NCBI GenBank assembly: GCA_030704615.1
Contig: CM060732.1
Span: 59,334,001 to 59,398,000 of the forward strand
Direction of reading: 5' to 3'
DNA: 64,000 nt
Source of the DNA: Takakia lepidozioides
Lineage: Eukaryota > Plantae > Bryophyta
Under the pieces are notes generated by a model. The model had not been told where the DNA came from and made no database searches. It worked only from the letters and a program-made list of their open reading frames with translations. Numbering within the stretch: position 1 is the first letter of the stretch; the number at the start of each line of letters is the position of its first letter. A program made the position numbers and the translations under genes. This document shows, in pieces, positions 26,400-39,369 of this stretch.

Positions 26400-27052
26400 G
26401 GTATACTAATGTTTACAGTCTCTTCTCTCTGCGACCCTAGACCTGGGTGGGTGATGACACCATACCAGCCGTTATGTTTGCGGATGACTTTGCAGGCATA
26501 GGGGTGGCGCGATATTAGACCAGCCCTGGAGTTTGCATCTGCAATATGGGTTGATAACTCCAACCAGGCTAAGTCTCTAGAACCCATTCAAGTGGGGGTG
26601 CTTAAGGAGTGCATGTCAGCATGCTCCAAACAGCCAATGTGGCTGTTCGGGGTGAGTTTGGCATCCCTTAAGCTCCCGACGAGATGAATTCAAGGTCAGA
26701 TGGTGGGGTCAGCTGCAGCATCTGTCCAACATCAGATATCCCAAGTTAATCAACTCTATATCTTGGAAACAGGATCGCCCTGTCAAACAGGCTAAGTCCT
26801 GGCAGAAGAGAGTAGAAGAGATTATCAAGGACCTGAATCTTAATCCGCAAGTCTTGACCCTGCTGGATAAATCTGACTTAGAGGCTGTAGTGTCCAAAGC
26901 CATGTTTGTTGCCAGGAAATTGTCTGATGAAAATGAAGTTAGGCAGAAAACTTCCCTGAACTTGTTTCCAGTCTGTGACATGGGGGAGGACATCATGGAT
27001 GACCTCAAGGGTCTACCCGCTCTTGGCACTAGGCTGAAATTTAGACTCAGGG
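26400..27052 (+). mobile_element. LINE-A fragments (variant 3' tail plus internally deleted RT C-terminal piece)
   Basis: GTATACTAATGTTTACAGTCTCTTCTCTCT tail, identical to 47711-47740. It is followed by degenerate LMFADD and SNQAKSL...LGTRLKF sequence. Confidence 0.75.
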
Positions 27053-27226
27053 CTAAGGTGTAGCTGAATTCCATGAGAGACTAAGGTGTAGCTGAATTCT
27101 TATGACATAGGGACAGACAGATGCTACTGCGAAGGTGCTTTTTGATATAAATGTGCCCAATGCAGTGAAATACTTAACTATAGGCACGTCTGGCAGAGAA
27201 TGTACTCATAAGACGTTGTTTGCCGT

Positions 27227-27669
27227 GCCTCTCATTTTAAGATAATAGGGTCTTCAATGTGCGATGTGGCCAATGGGCCCCGCGCACGGACGCCCGGCTC
27301 CCCGCCCGCCCCGCCCGGCGCTGCGCGCGGTCGCCTAGCCGCTGGCGCGGCTGCAGCAACCGCGCCCGCGCCCCCGTCCGCCGCGCGGCCAGTCCCCCGC
27401 CCATGAATCCGCTGCCCTCCAGTCTGCCAGTCTGCTGCTGGCCAGTCCGCTACCCAGCAGTCTGCCAGTTCGCTGCTGGCCAGTCCGCTGCCCAGCAGTC
27501 TGCTAGTCCGCCAGTCCGCTGCTGGCCAGTCCGCTGCCCAGCAGTCTGCCAGTCCGCCAGTCTGCCCGCCAGTCCGCTGGCCAGTCCCCTGCCATCCAGT
27601 CCGCTGATGGCGCAGGATCGCCACCGTCCATTCCCATAACCCATCCGAGCCCTCCATTTTTAGGGCTGC
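27227..27669 (+). repeat. Left TIR of the MULE, GC-rich, with CAGTC(C/T)G sub-repeats
   Basis: Reverse complement of 39370-39785, differing mainly in sub-repeat copy number. Confidence 0.93.
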
Positions 27670-27813
27670 AATTCAAACCTGCATCCCTGCCGCCTGCCAC
27701 TTGCCAGCAGCCGCGAACGTGCGCACTGTTCTCCTGGCACGTTGTCGATCGTGTCTTGTACTGCGGCGCGTTTCTTGCATGTTCAGAAGCGTGTTCTTTA
27801 TACTGTATAGGGC

Positions 27814-30800
27814 ATGGACGTGGAAGCAAAACCCGATGATATACTGATCACGGAAAGCCCGCTTATACGGCCTCTTCGACAATGTTTGCAAACAACAAAA
27901 CCAGGACCCTTCAACAGGAAGGATCTCCATTGGAAGAGTGAGACGCAATATGGGTTTATGGGTGTGCGAGTGAATGTTGAAAAGGCCTGCATACCTTGGG
28001 ATAGAGTTGGTGACTTCGTCCTAGGAGAGGAGAGTTTGGAGGACTACCCCACTCAGTTTTGGGTGAATGTCCATTCTAAAGTGGAACCCGGCTCGCGAAA
28101 AGCACCCAGAGCCAACACATTTCTGTCCAGTATTATGTGTGCACCATCCTCAGTCATTTTGACGTTTCATTGCATGTCTGTTGCCATTTTTTGTTTCACG
28201 AGTTCTTTGATTTTATGCTTCCTCAAGTCATTGGATATCAATTTTAGAATTTTCTGTCCAGGTATCAATGCTGCTACGGTCCTGATGACAAGCGCACCAA
28301 CAAGGCAATAGTGGAGGATCCAAAACAGAAGCGTGGAGGACCTCTTGTGGGTGCTGGAACATCTTGCCCTCATAAAGGCCCAAGGAGAAAGAAGTCGGAG
28401 TATGGAGAGTCTTACAAACGTGGTTGCCAATGTTGTTTCAAGGTCCAGCAATGCTATCTCGCCCCTGACATCTGTGTCCTCACGTACTACAACAACATGG
28501 AGCATACAGATGCGCAAGGGAAACCCTCGCATGAGAAGTCCGCAGAGTTCAGGAACACCCGTCACGCCTATGCACCACACATTAGCGAGGAATTGAAAGC
28601 CTGGGTCGTCGAGTGTTTGTGCCGAGGCCTGTCGGTCACCCAAATCATGATGGAGCATAAAGAGCACGTGATGAACAACACTGGCTTGGGCGATGCATGG
28701 ACCCGCGATGATTTCTTGTTGGAGCAAGATGTTCGCAACCTTGCCGAGAAACGTGCGTGGCAAACCTTCAAAAAGCACGCCGATGATGCAGAGAGTGTGC
28801 GCATGTGGAGAGACCAGAATCCTGCGTCCGTTTTTTTCTATCAAGAGGAGAAATTAGAGCCAACATTCGAGCATTTTGATGGAGATTTGACATTCACTAT
28901 TGGCATACAGACTCCGTGGCAGAAACGACGAATGCTGGAACTAGGACATGACCGTATCGTTGCATGTGATGCAACCTTTGGGACAAATCACCACAAGGTA
29001 CTATTCGAACGATTCCATGGACTTGTACGAGCATGATAGCATAGTACCATGCAACATTCACATAATATTTGGTGTGCTGACCCTTTCTGTATGTTTAGGG
29101 TTGTGTACGTTGCGGAAGACCGAGAGGCAGACCCATTGTGAACCGCTACAGACCTCATCACTCTTATGAAGTCTTCTCGTGCAGAACTGAGCGGAATTTG
29201 CATGCTCTGACCATCTTACATTGTGCATTCCAACAGTTCCCATTGTACACATTGATGGTCTTCGACGAGTGGTTGAACGGTATACCAGTTGCCTATATCC
29301 TATCCGCGAGGAATCGGACAAGAGACCTGGTTCCGTGGATGAGAGCCTTGCGTGATTCACTCCTCGCAGATTTGCCGAGCTGGCGACCCAATGCCTTCAT
29401 TGTGGACGATGCCGAAGCAGAAATCAACGCTATTCGGTAAGTCTGTTGGTCCACAACACCGGTCCATTGTCGAGGTCCACTGCAGCAGTCCATTGCTACA
29501 GTCCACTGGCAGACTCCTGTGGCGAAACCCGATGGCAGTTCGCTGGGCAAATCCACTGGTAGTCCGCTGTCAAGTCCGGTCATCAGTCCCCTGGCAAGTC
29601 CGCTCGGCAGTCCGCTGCCAAGTCCACTGCCAAGTCCACTCAGCAGTCCCTGGGGTCGGCCGTCCGCTGCCAAGTCCACTCGGCAGTCCCTGGCAAGTCC
29701 GCTCGGCAGTCCGCTGTGGCAGTCCGCTGCCCTAGTCCTAGCTAGGGGAAGTCCAATGGGGAAGTCCACTGGGTAGTCCAATGGGATTATTCCAGCACAT
29801 CAACGTCATGGCATTGTACTGTCCACTGGGCGAGTCCAGTGGCTCTGCCCGCTGATACAGGTTGCTATTACAGTCCACTCCGGCAGTCCACCATTGCAGT
29901 CCGATCCCAAGACTCTAATGTGTACCATGTGTGTTGTGCAGAATTGTTTTTGAAGGAGTACTCATTTTCCTCTGCCTTTGGCATGTCCGCAAGGCATGGG
30001 TGAAGCAATCATGCAAGAAAACGAAGGATCCGGTGACCGCTGTAAACTTGTTGAAGGATATGGGAGACCTCATGTACTGTAGAGGGGGACCACGCAACGA
30101 GAAAAGAGCGCTTCGGTGGGTTGCAAGGAGAATCCGTCGTATGAGGTCAAAATACCCGAAAGTACATGAATTTCTTGACTATATCGAACAGTACTGGAAG
30201 CCCAAAATAGCAATGTGGTGTACAGCAGCCCGCCATGTCCCTCATGCGAGCCAAGACACAAACGCAAGCATTGAGGCATACCATGAAAATCTGAAGGCAA
30301 GACTTGCCATGGGGAAAGGCAAGATGAGTGGTCGTAGAGTGGACTGGCTTATATGGGAACTCACTGGCCGTGTGCTAACACACTACTGGTACGCAATCCA
30401 TTTGAAGACCCACGGGTTCATAAGAAATGACAAACACGAAAAGTACATATCCAGTTCTATACTTGCGGCACGAGACATTCCTGCTGAGAGTGTTACTCTT
30501 CCCTTGGGTCCTGGTGAACCAGCCTACGTTCTCAGCAGCAACCACCCCGGCACAACATACATTGTTTACAATCCTGATTGCGATTGGGGTTGTTGCACGT
30601 GCCCATGGGCAATGAAGGGAAACTTATGCAAGCATCAGGTCCGTGTCCTGAAGATGCTTCACCCTGACCTGCAGGATGGCCTCCTTGTGCGCGCTTGTGG
30701 CACGGCGCTGGGAACCATTCATGGAGGATTACCTAACTTGCTCTTGGGCAATGGTGCCGGCGGCAACGACGAATCCAATCAGTTCATGGAAAGACATCCT

Positions 30801-31016
30801 CCGGACGACTTCCCCTACGACGAGGCATCTCTGGAGGTCTCAGCCTCATTGGAACAAGAATTCGCGGACATACTTCGCATTGTAGGTGATGACAAATACC
30901 TGGAGGCACATGCCCGATCTGCTCTTCATATGTGCAGAGGGCAGCTCGTTGATATCCTGGCGAAAAGTGCGGCTGGAATGTTGCACCCTGCGGCAGCGAA
31001 GGCTTTCGTCCTCTGA
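27814..31016 (+). CDS. MULE DDE transposase with SWIM zinc finger (4 exons, 777 aa)
   Basis: Exons 27814-28136, 28262-28997, 29237-29436 and 29942-31016 give 2334 nt in one open frame. Motifs: YQCCYGP, KRGCQCCF...H, GIQTPWQ, ACDATFG (D), FIVDDA (D), CLWH (CxxH), TNASIEAYH (E) and CTC...CKH (SWIM). Confidence 0.88.
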
Positions 31017-31152
31017 ACGACAACAACAACATGTCTCTGAAAAGGAGACGAGATTTCGTGGAGGCCTGGAAAACCCGGCCTAGGGTTTTGCGGAGAACCA
31101 GCAAGAGGGTGTCTGCACCTGCACTTGCAGCACATATATACTCAAAAATTCG

Positions 31153-31340
31153 CAAGGTTTCAGGTCGTGTAGATGTCACGAAGAAGACAATATAAGTCTG
31201 CAATTCCTCGAAAAGAGACAAGGTTTCACGTCGTGTAGGTGTCACGGAGAAGACAATATAAGTTTGCAATTCCTCGAAAAGAGACAAGGTTTCATGTCGT
31301 GTAGGTGTCACGAAGAAGACAATATAAGTCTGCAATTCTT
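31153..31340. repeat. 66-bp tandem repeat, ~3 copies, inside the MULE
   Basis: Units start with CAAGGTTTC at 31153, 31219 and 31285. Confidence 0.9.
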
Positions 31341-31883
31341 CTGGTAGCATTGTCCCTTTCTGAAATACAAGTCCGCAATGGACTAATGCACAGTCTCCCA
31401 ACGGACTCCTCCAGTCTCCCAACTGACTCCCACACAGTCTCCCAAGCATAGTCTCCCAACGGACTCACGCACAGTCTCCCAACAGAGTCACAGTCAACAG
31501 ACTGCGAGCGCCAGTAAGCCAATCTGCTGGTCAGTCTGCTGCCCACTCCAAAAGTTTGCTCACCACACTTCCACCTCATCCCTGCAACTTATGCCAATCC
31601 AGCGTCCCAACGGACTCATGGACATGGTGCCTCCCAGACTAGGTACCAGACCCAGCAGTCCTAGCCTCGGCAGCGTACTGCTCGCACATTCAAGCTCAGC
31701 AGACTCGGGTGCACAGTGCATGGAAAAATTGACACCATTGTGTCCATTGAGTTTAGTGACAACATTACAAAACATGCCAGCACCCACAGTACACAAAAGT
31801 GCTCATCACCACTGGAATAGTAAGCGAAAAGACTCGCATTTTTTATTTGGGTACATAGACTTCACAGGACAAGTACATCATAC

Positions 31884-34800
31884 TCATGAGAGCAGTTTCT
31901 CTACATTGTCCAACCCCCGCACGATATACTGGGCACACTGCATTCGCTGCCCAAGTGCAAACTTGAAAGTAAACCAGTCCTTCGTGAAAGGTGTTCCTCT
32001 CTCTGGCTTTGCAGTCTTGGAGACATTTGCTCTGACTTTTACCCACTCATAAAACACTTGAATGAATGACATGACGTAAAAGCCACACTCCCAGCTGAAT
32101 GGTTGCTGGGGCACATCAGGCGCGTGGAACTGAAATGCTTGGACAATCTCATGCCACTCTGGTGAGTCCATCGAGTACCCTAAGCACTAAGCATGAAGCT
32201 TCCGAATCCACCCTAGAACAAAGGGACATTTATGCAAGTCCCTGATAGAGTTCAGGTGAGTGTAACAGCCCTTGCGGAGGTCGATGATACAAACACTCCA
32301 GTGCCCCCTGCAATGGTATCAAACAACATGGCGTCATTGCACAATCATGATGGGCAGACTCAGCAGACTGACACTCAGCAGACCGACCACTCAGCAGACT
32401 CAGCACTTAGTAGACTCAATCTTCAAACTCAGTCCACTGCACAAATACAGAGGTCAACTTAATCGCTCAGAGTCAAGACGACACTGCGAAACCAGACTAT
32501 GACTCAGGAGACAGTCTCAGCAGACTCGGAAGAGTTCTTACTCGTCCCCAATTGGCACCAAAATGAAATCGCACTCTTTCAAGTCCTTGCCCAGTCGTTC
32601 AGTGCTGATGCAACCTTTCAAGACCTCCAGAAGGCTTTCATGTTGCCCCACCCCCAATGACTTCAACATCGTCCACGTCGACGTTGGAAGAACAGCAATA
32701 GTGTTGGTGAACGCAGCCTCAACCGACTTCTCATAGAATCGACACCACAGCTCCAGGAGTCTATCTGTGCACTCCGACTCAACCTTCTGGACTGCCTTTA
32801 TGTCATCCGGCGACAGTCCGCATTCAAACTGTGGGTCCCCTTCAAAAAACATCAGCATGGAATTACCCGCCTTCACGTGCAGAGCATGTGCTTTGCCAAA
32901 CCGAGCACCCATCCTGCACAAAGCAGACCATCCTTCGGGAAGCCTCATGTACTGAACAGACTGACGTCAACATGGTACCAAACACTCTACAGGCTGAACA
33001 ATTCATCAGACTGACAAGACTAACCACAACAGACAATGATGAAACCAGCAGCAGACTGACAAACGTGCAGACTGACCACAACAGAGCGCAAAGCACTTAA
33101 CGACAAAGACAGACGAGGAGACTGAGCACAGTACTCACCTGTGCTGCTCCAGGAAACGACCCACATTTTGTCCATGTCCAAGGCCAGCTTGCGGTTCTTG
33201 TTCATAAAGACGCCAGACTTTTTCTTCGCCGGTCTCTTGGTACTCGGACCCTCCTCGACCTCCTCAGCATGGTCCACGACAGTCCGCTTCTTGGCTTTGC
33301 CTCTCCCCTGGGAAGCAGGGACAGCTGTAGGCGGGCTGGATAGAGCAGACAAACGCAGCGCTGCCGCCCTACTTCGCAACAGAGGCTGGTCAGCAGGTTT
33401 GTTTACACTTGCTGGACCTGTCTTTGCAGCTTCGTGGGTCGCATGCGTAGAACTGACCCGCGCATCGGGGGGCGTGCTCACCCCCACACCTTTCTTGGTT
33501 GTCGATCCCACGTTTGCAGCATGGGCGGAAGATGTCATGTTCTCAGAAGTAGACAGTCTGCCGACGGAGGGACGAACATCCTGTGAGGATACCGAGCAAA
33601 ATGTCGAATTAGCCCAATTTCACAATGTGCTAAAACATAAACAACAGTGCTGAAAGAGGAAATGGCACAACCTGCCCAAGGGGTGAGGGAGCAGACTCCA
33701 TGTAATCCAGCGCTATACCAGACGGTGTCTGCGCCGCATGTGGTTCCTTGTCAGTGTGCCTGCCAGCATGTTGCTCAATGTGGGCAGTCTGCTCGGCCGC
33801 CGGTTCTTCGTCAGTCCTTTCGTCTGTGAACTGTGCAGTCTGCTGGCAACTCTGCGGTTCAGTCTCTTCCTCAATGTGGGCAATGTGCTCGGTGGCAGGT
33901 TGGTCATCAGTCCTTCCCTCTGTGAAGTGTGCAGTGTGCTGGTCAGGCCGTGCAATCTGAACTGTGCAGTCAGAGCTGAGCTGTGCAGTCTGCCGCTCCG
34001 AGCCATCCTGGTCAGTCCTTCCATCTGTGACCTGTGCAGTCTGCTGGTTAGTCTGCGGTTCAGTCTGCTCATCAATGAAGACAGTATGCTGCCCCGCCAC
34101 AGGTTGCTCGGCAGTCCTTCCATGTGTCCACTGTTCAGTGTGCTGGTCAGTCTGGTGGACAGCCGGCTGGGTGTTTGGATCTCCATGGACTTGGGAAACA
34201 TCAAGAACATGTATGGAAGACCCACCGGCAATTGCTTCCTCAGACTCTTCTGTAAGATCTATGATACGGTTTTGCGTTCCCAGATTGAGTTCGGTCATCA
34301 CGTAAGACTCATCTATGGCTTTCGCCACTGAGCGCACGAAAACGGGACTAACCTGGAAGGTCATAGAAGGCAGGCCACGGGGAGCTGGATAAGAATGCTT
34401 TACCGGTGACCTGATGACGTTGTCAGTGAATGTGCCTGGGGAAAAAGTGGACTCGGTCAAAACACATACTGGCAGATCCAAAAACATGTTGTTGGGAACT
34501 CAGCAGAAATTCGTCCACAGGGTCCCGGTGAGGCCAGTGCATCCGAGTCTGTTGCACAATCCAGGGAACAGACTGGCTGTTAGTCTCTTGGATAGTCTGC
34601 TCGGCCATCTGCTGAGTGGGTTTGCCAGTGTGTTGCACAGTCTGCTGAGAAGCAATCTGCTGGCTGGATTCGTCGGTCTGCTGCACGGTCTGCTGAGGGG
34701 CAATCTGCTGGCTGGATTCGTCGGTCTGCTGTACAGTTTACTGAGGGGCAGTCTGGTGGCCATGTTTGCTGGTCTGCTGCATAGTCGGCTGAGGGGCAGT

Positions 34801-37653
34801 CTGTTGGCCGGTCTGTTCTCCGGTCTGCTGCAAAGTCTGCAAAGTTCGCTGCCCGCTCAGTATTGTTTGCACATACTGAGTATGTGTGTGCGGGGCAGTC
34901 TGCTGGGAGTGATCCGGCCTATTACCCGGGACGGTCTGGTGCACATGCTCGGTCTCCACACTTGGGCAGTCTGCCCACATGTGTCGTGGGGAATATGTTG
35001 TTCGACATTCTTGTGGCCAGTCTGCTGGACAGTCTCCCAAACTCCTTGTAAAGCCAGGACAAGGTCCCTTGCACCTCTGGCAAAAGAGTCGAAAGTAGCC
35101 TGCACTTGCTTGTCTCCCAGATCAACTCGCCTTGCAACACATGTTTATGCAAATGTGAACTTGTAAAAAAGTTGGCAAAAAGAAATTGAGCTGAAACACG
35201 AAAGTTGCCCATAACATTTTACCTTCCAAGAGATTTCCGACGAGGCCAATGTCCTTGATTTGCCGGCACAGGCATGCTCCATCGAGATGAGCAATGGCGC
35301 CGATGCGGTCTTCAGTTGGGATCCCACACCACAGGACTTTGAAGACATTGGGATTCTGCAAAACAATGTCGAATACTGCTCGCTCCATCACCAATGCAAA
35401 CCAGTGCAATGCGTCATCCACCACAAACTTCTGTGAATGGTCTGTTCCATGGAGTAAGTCCATCCTCAAACTATGCAGATCCTTCATCAACTTGTTGTAT
35501 GAGCGGAAATTGCCAAATTGCATCCATCTGTGTTGTAGGAAGGAAGCTGCCATGCGCTCAAAGTCCTCCTCAGTCAATCCGAACAAGTGCTTTCTTCGCA
35601 CCCCAAAGGTTGGATGTGCCATAGGCATATGTCTGAGGTCTTCAGGCCGTGGGTCATCCATGAGAATCAGCTGCACAAGTAGAGGCGGCGCATTTTGGTC
35701 GCTTGTGGCTTCAATGGCAACAGCAGAGGCGGCTTCTAGAACATGGTTGGCTTCCTCAATAGAAAACTCCATGGAATAATGAAAGGGTACAAATGACCAC
35801 CGGCGGTCCGCAACAATCCGGTGGAGCTCATTATGCCAATCCAAATGGGGATTAATTTCTCCCACCCTAAGCCGGGGAAGTGTGAGGTCTTCAGCTCCGG
35901 GTCGAATTACCGGTGATGGCGATCGCCAAACTGCAAAAAGCGCCGTGCTATGTGAGAGAAAGGCAGTCTGCTGGTCAGTCTGCTGGTCCGCGGTCTGTTG
36001 GATGACAGACTTCCCATTGGCATGGGCTGCATGATGGGCTCCTGGAGAGGAGTCTGCAAGATGACAGGCTGCTCGTTGGGAGTCTGCTCCGTTGGAGTCT
36101 GCTGGATGACAGGCTGCTGAACGGGAGTCTGCTGGATGACGGCTTGCTGAATGGGAGTCTGCTGGATGGCAGACTCGGCTGTCCCAGACGCATTCCCCCC
36201 CGACGCGTCTTGAATATGTAATGCCGCTATAGCAGCAGATGACCCAGGATACTTCAATAATATGTACTCTCGCACGCGGTCCACTTCCGCACGCACTGCA
36301 GTCGCTTGTAAAGGAGCATCATTGCTAGGTATCCGCCAAGCCTGAATGGCCCTACGAATAGAAACACGTTCATCCTGGTACACGGCAGAGAACTTCGACG
36401 TCAGGAACATGGACGTGGACTTATATTCACCTCATGCAGCGGACTGGACTCACAGACCAGCAGACTGTAACGTGCGTACGTAGGGTGGAGGCAACTAGTA
36501 GACTATACCAGTGGACTGACAAACGGACTCAGTAAGTAATGCAGCGATATAAAACAGACTAACTGACGAGCGGAGTGAGCCAGCGGACTGAGGAGAGAAC
36601 GCAGCGGACTGACCAGACTGAATAGGCAACGTGACCCCGATGATGGACTCAAACAGCACAGAGAACAGACTGGGCGGTCAGACTGACCATTACCTCCTCT
36701 ACTTCATCATCGTCATCTTCATCTTCAAAGCTGTTCAACCAGTTCTGTTCCGCCTGTCGGATGAATGTGCGTAGCAGACCTGACTGGGCAACTCTGTAGA
36801 AATAACGGAAGAAGTCTGGATCCCCAATTGGTGGGCACTCTGGTGGGAAAAGCCCAAAGTCAACGAGGCGCAATGTGCCAGGGCAGACTGGCCCTTTAGT
36901 GCTCTGTTGAGTTTTTGGTTTTGACCCTAAACCGATGGCATGGGTCGCGATATTTGTGTGAGTCTGCTGCCGAGTCTGGTCAGGCAAGTCAATGTCCACT
37001 GGACTTGTCACCCCTTCCAGGCCCTGAGCAGATTCACTTTCAGTATCAGTACTGATGGTGTGGGTCTGCCGCTCAGGACGGGGTTCAGTCTGTTGCGTGG
37101 ATTTTGCCCTTGCCTCGCGAGCAGACCTTGCAGCCTTCTCTTTTTTTTGCCTCTCCTTTTTTTGGGCCCCATCACTCAGTTTACGTTTTCTGGGAGCGTC
37201 CGGCGTTCCCTGCACTTGCAAATCCTCCATTGACGGGCCACCACAATGGACGCCATACCTTGCGTGCACTTCGTCTAATTCCACAGTGCGGGGGTCAAGC
37301 ACTGATCCGCGCAAGCGCATTGTGGCCTCTTTGACAATCGACATTTCTTTCAGTATCGGCCAAGGCTTGAAATCCCGTGGAATCATTGCAACAGTCTCCT
37401 TGCAACCCGTGTCAACACAATGCCGATTTAGTTGGATTTTGTCCTTGATTACCTCTTCATATAAAGGACAGAAGAGCTTGTCTTTCTGCCAATTCGAGTT
37501 TTTGGGCTTCCGGGCGCGGAGGTCTACAAATGCTTCCACTATTTTATGATCAAACTTGTCTGGTTAGTACCAGTACCTTCGCTCCTTCTTCAGTCTGGTT
37601 TGGTGCACAAAATCCAACCAGTCCGCTCCACCCTTTTCACAAGCATCCTCCAT
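31884..37653 (-). pseudogene. Large multi-exon MULE accessory gene: unknown N-terminal domains, Q/T-rich repeats, C-terminal Ulp1/C48 protease; disrupted
   Basis: ATG at 37653. The spliced C-terminus reads CDFILVPIGDEGHWSVCIIDL...HLNS...PQQPFSWECGFYV (His, Asn/Asp, Gln, Cys of the C48 fold). In-frame stops at 37564-37566 (TAA) and 32187-32189 (TAG), plus apparent frameshifts near 36010 and 34500-35100. Confidence 0.8.
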
Positions 37654-39369
37654 CGCTGCAAAATGAAACGAAGGTGCAAGGACAATGAGCGACAAAGCGA
37701 CAGATAGAAGTCCTATGAAAAGACTCACCTTAAGCAAGAAGAGGATACAGAATGGAATGGAAACACCGCAGCAAGTGAGAACCTCACTGAGCCGATGAAC
37801 TTCGAGTTGTTACGAAGGCGAGCGTGTTTGCGACGCTTTGCGGCTCATCGCGACTCTCCACACCTGGGGAAGAACGGTCGTCTTTCGTTACGGTGATGGA
37901 AACGCAAAGAGGAAAACAAAACAGTGCAAAACTGTGCGAAGAAACAGGCGTGAAGAGAATGGAGAAAGTAGAAGTAGAAGGGGGAAAGCGGGCATGGCAC
38001 TGCCAACGTGACGCGATTTCAAAGGCGCCAACTATCCGCCGTCATCGCATTGAATACGTCCACCGAACGAACGCATCGTACTAAATTCATCCACGCTCCT
38101 CGCAAGTGCAGGAGACTCATTTCCCATCGGGCCGAGAGTCCACCGGACCGCCAGTCCAGCGGACTATTCGCTTTGCTGAGGCGAAGCGGCTTCTATTGGA
38201 GGCACTTCCCTGCCAGCGGAATGAAGACAAAAGAGAGTAAGGGGAGAACACGAAAGTCGAACACACCCATTGCGAACAGACTCGCGGCACAACAGACTGA
38301 TGCATGCACAGTCCAACAGACTGATATCCATAGAGGAGAACTGTCCAGCAGACGGACGTTTCGCCAGACTGGCGGGAGAACAAGCCAAAAGACTGACCGA
38401 AGGGAAAGTAAGAAGTCAAAACAGACTTAGTGCAACAAACTTCCGACACAACAGACTGACAAATTCACAAGTGCAACAGACTGACAAATTCACAAGTGCA
38501 ACAGACTGATATCCCAACAGACGGACTTCCAGCAGACCGCCTCCAAACTGACTGTTATGCACGCGATAAGGGGAATATCCGAAGCACTGACGGGCCAGCG
38601 GACCCACTGTGAACAGACTCGCGATACAACGGATCCCAAACATCCACGCGCATTTGCAGATGCAATTGTCTCAGACATCTCCCGTCGTGGCTCAAACATC
38701 TGCATTCAGCAGGTGCGTGTGGATGTTTGAGGACCTTACGACTGGATGGTGTTCCGTGACGACTCGAATTGCTTTTTTGTGCTGCCATCCTTTATATAAT
38801 ACCATGTGGATCCATCACAAAGCTGGGTTTCTTCAGATTCTCCACCCTTTTCCACAACTTATGCACGACGGATGCAAGCCGCTATACTTGGTCACATAAA
38901 CAGTCCCATCGTCCGATACGAAATCTGCAATACACGCCCCCATGTGCATACGCTTCCACCATTTTCGCGCCCATGTTACCCATGGGTTCCTTTAACGAAC
39001 TAAACTTGTGAAGGCTCTCATGAGGGATGCAGTACGAAGGGGCTAAACGTATCATGACGGTCACAAGCAGAGGACGTTATCGACGACAGATGTCCGTATT
39101 TTCCATATTTATGACATAGAACCAAACCATAAAACGAAGGTTCCCGAAAGCACAACAAGAAGGCAAAAATTGTGGAAGCATATGCACGATGGTGGCTGTA
39201 GTGCCGAGACAGTCCTCTCATGTTCAAGCACACGCTTCATCATCATCATGAACATCGCGCGCAAAAGAGGAACTGTCGCGTGCATGGAAACGCCTACCGC
39301 AACATCGGACAACAAACAGCCGTCAAAAGAGAGCGGCCGGGATTTGGTGGGAAGATCATTGCCATTTTC

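Noticed and set aside
27232-27829. Overlapping ORFs in the GC-rich TIRs (also 39220-39780, 29293-29781, 33713-35166 on alternative frames)
   Set aside because: They are open only because of GC-rich motif repeats, and show no domain signatures.
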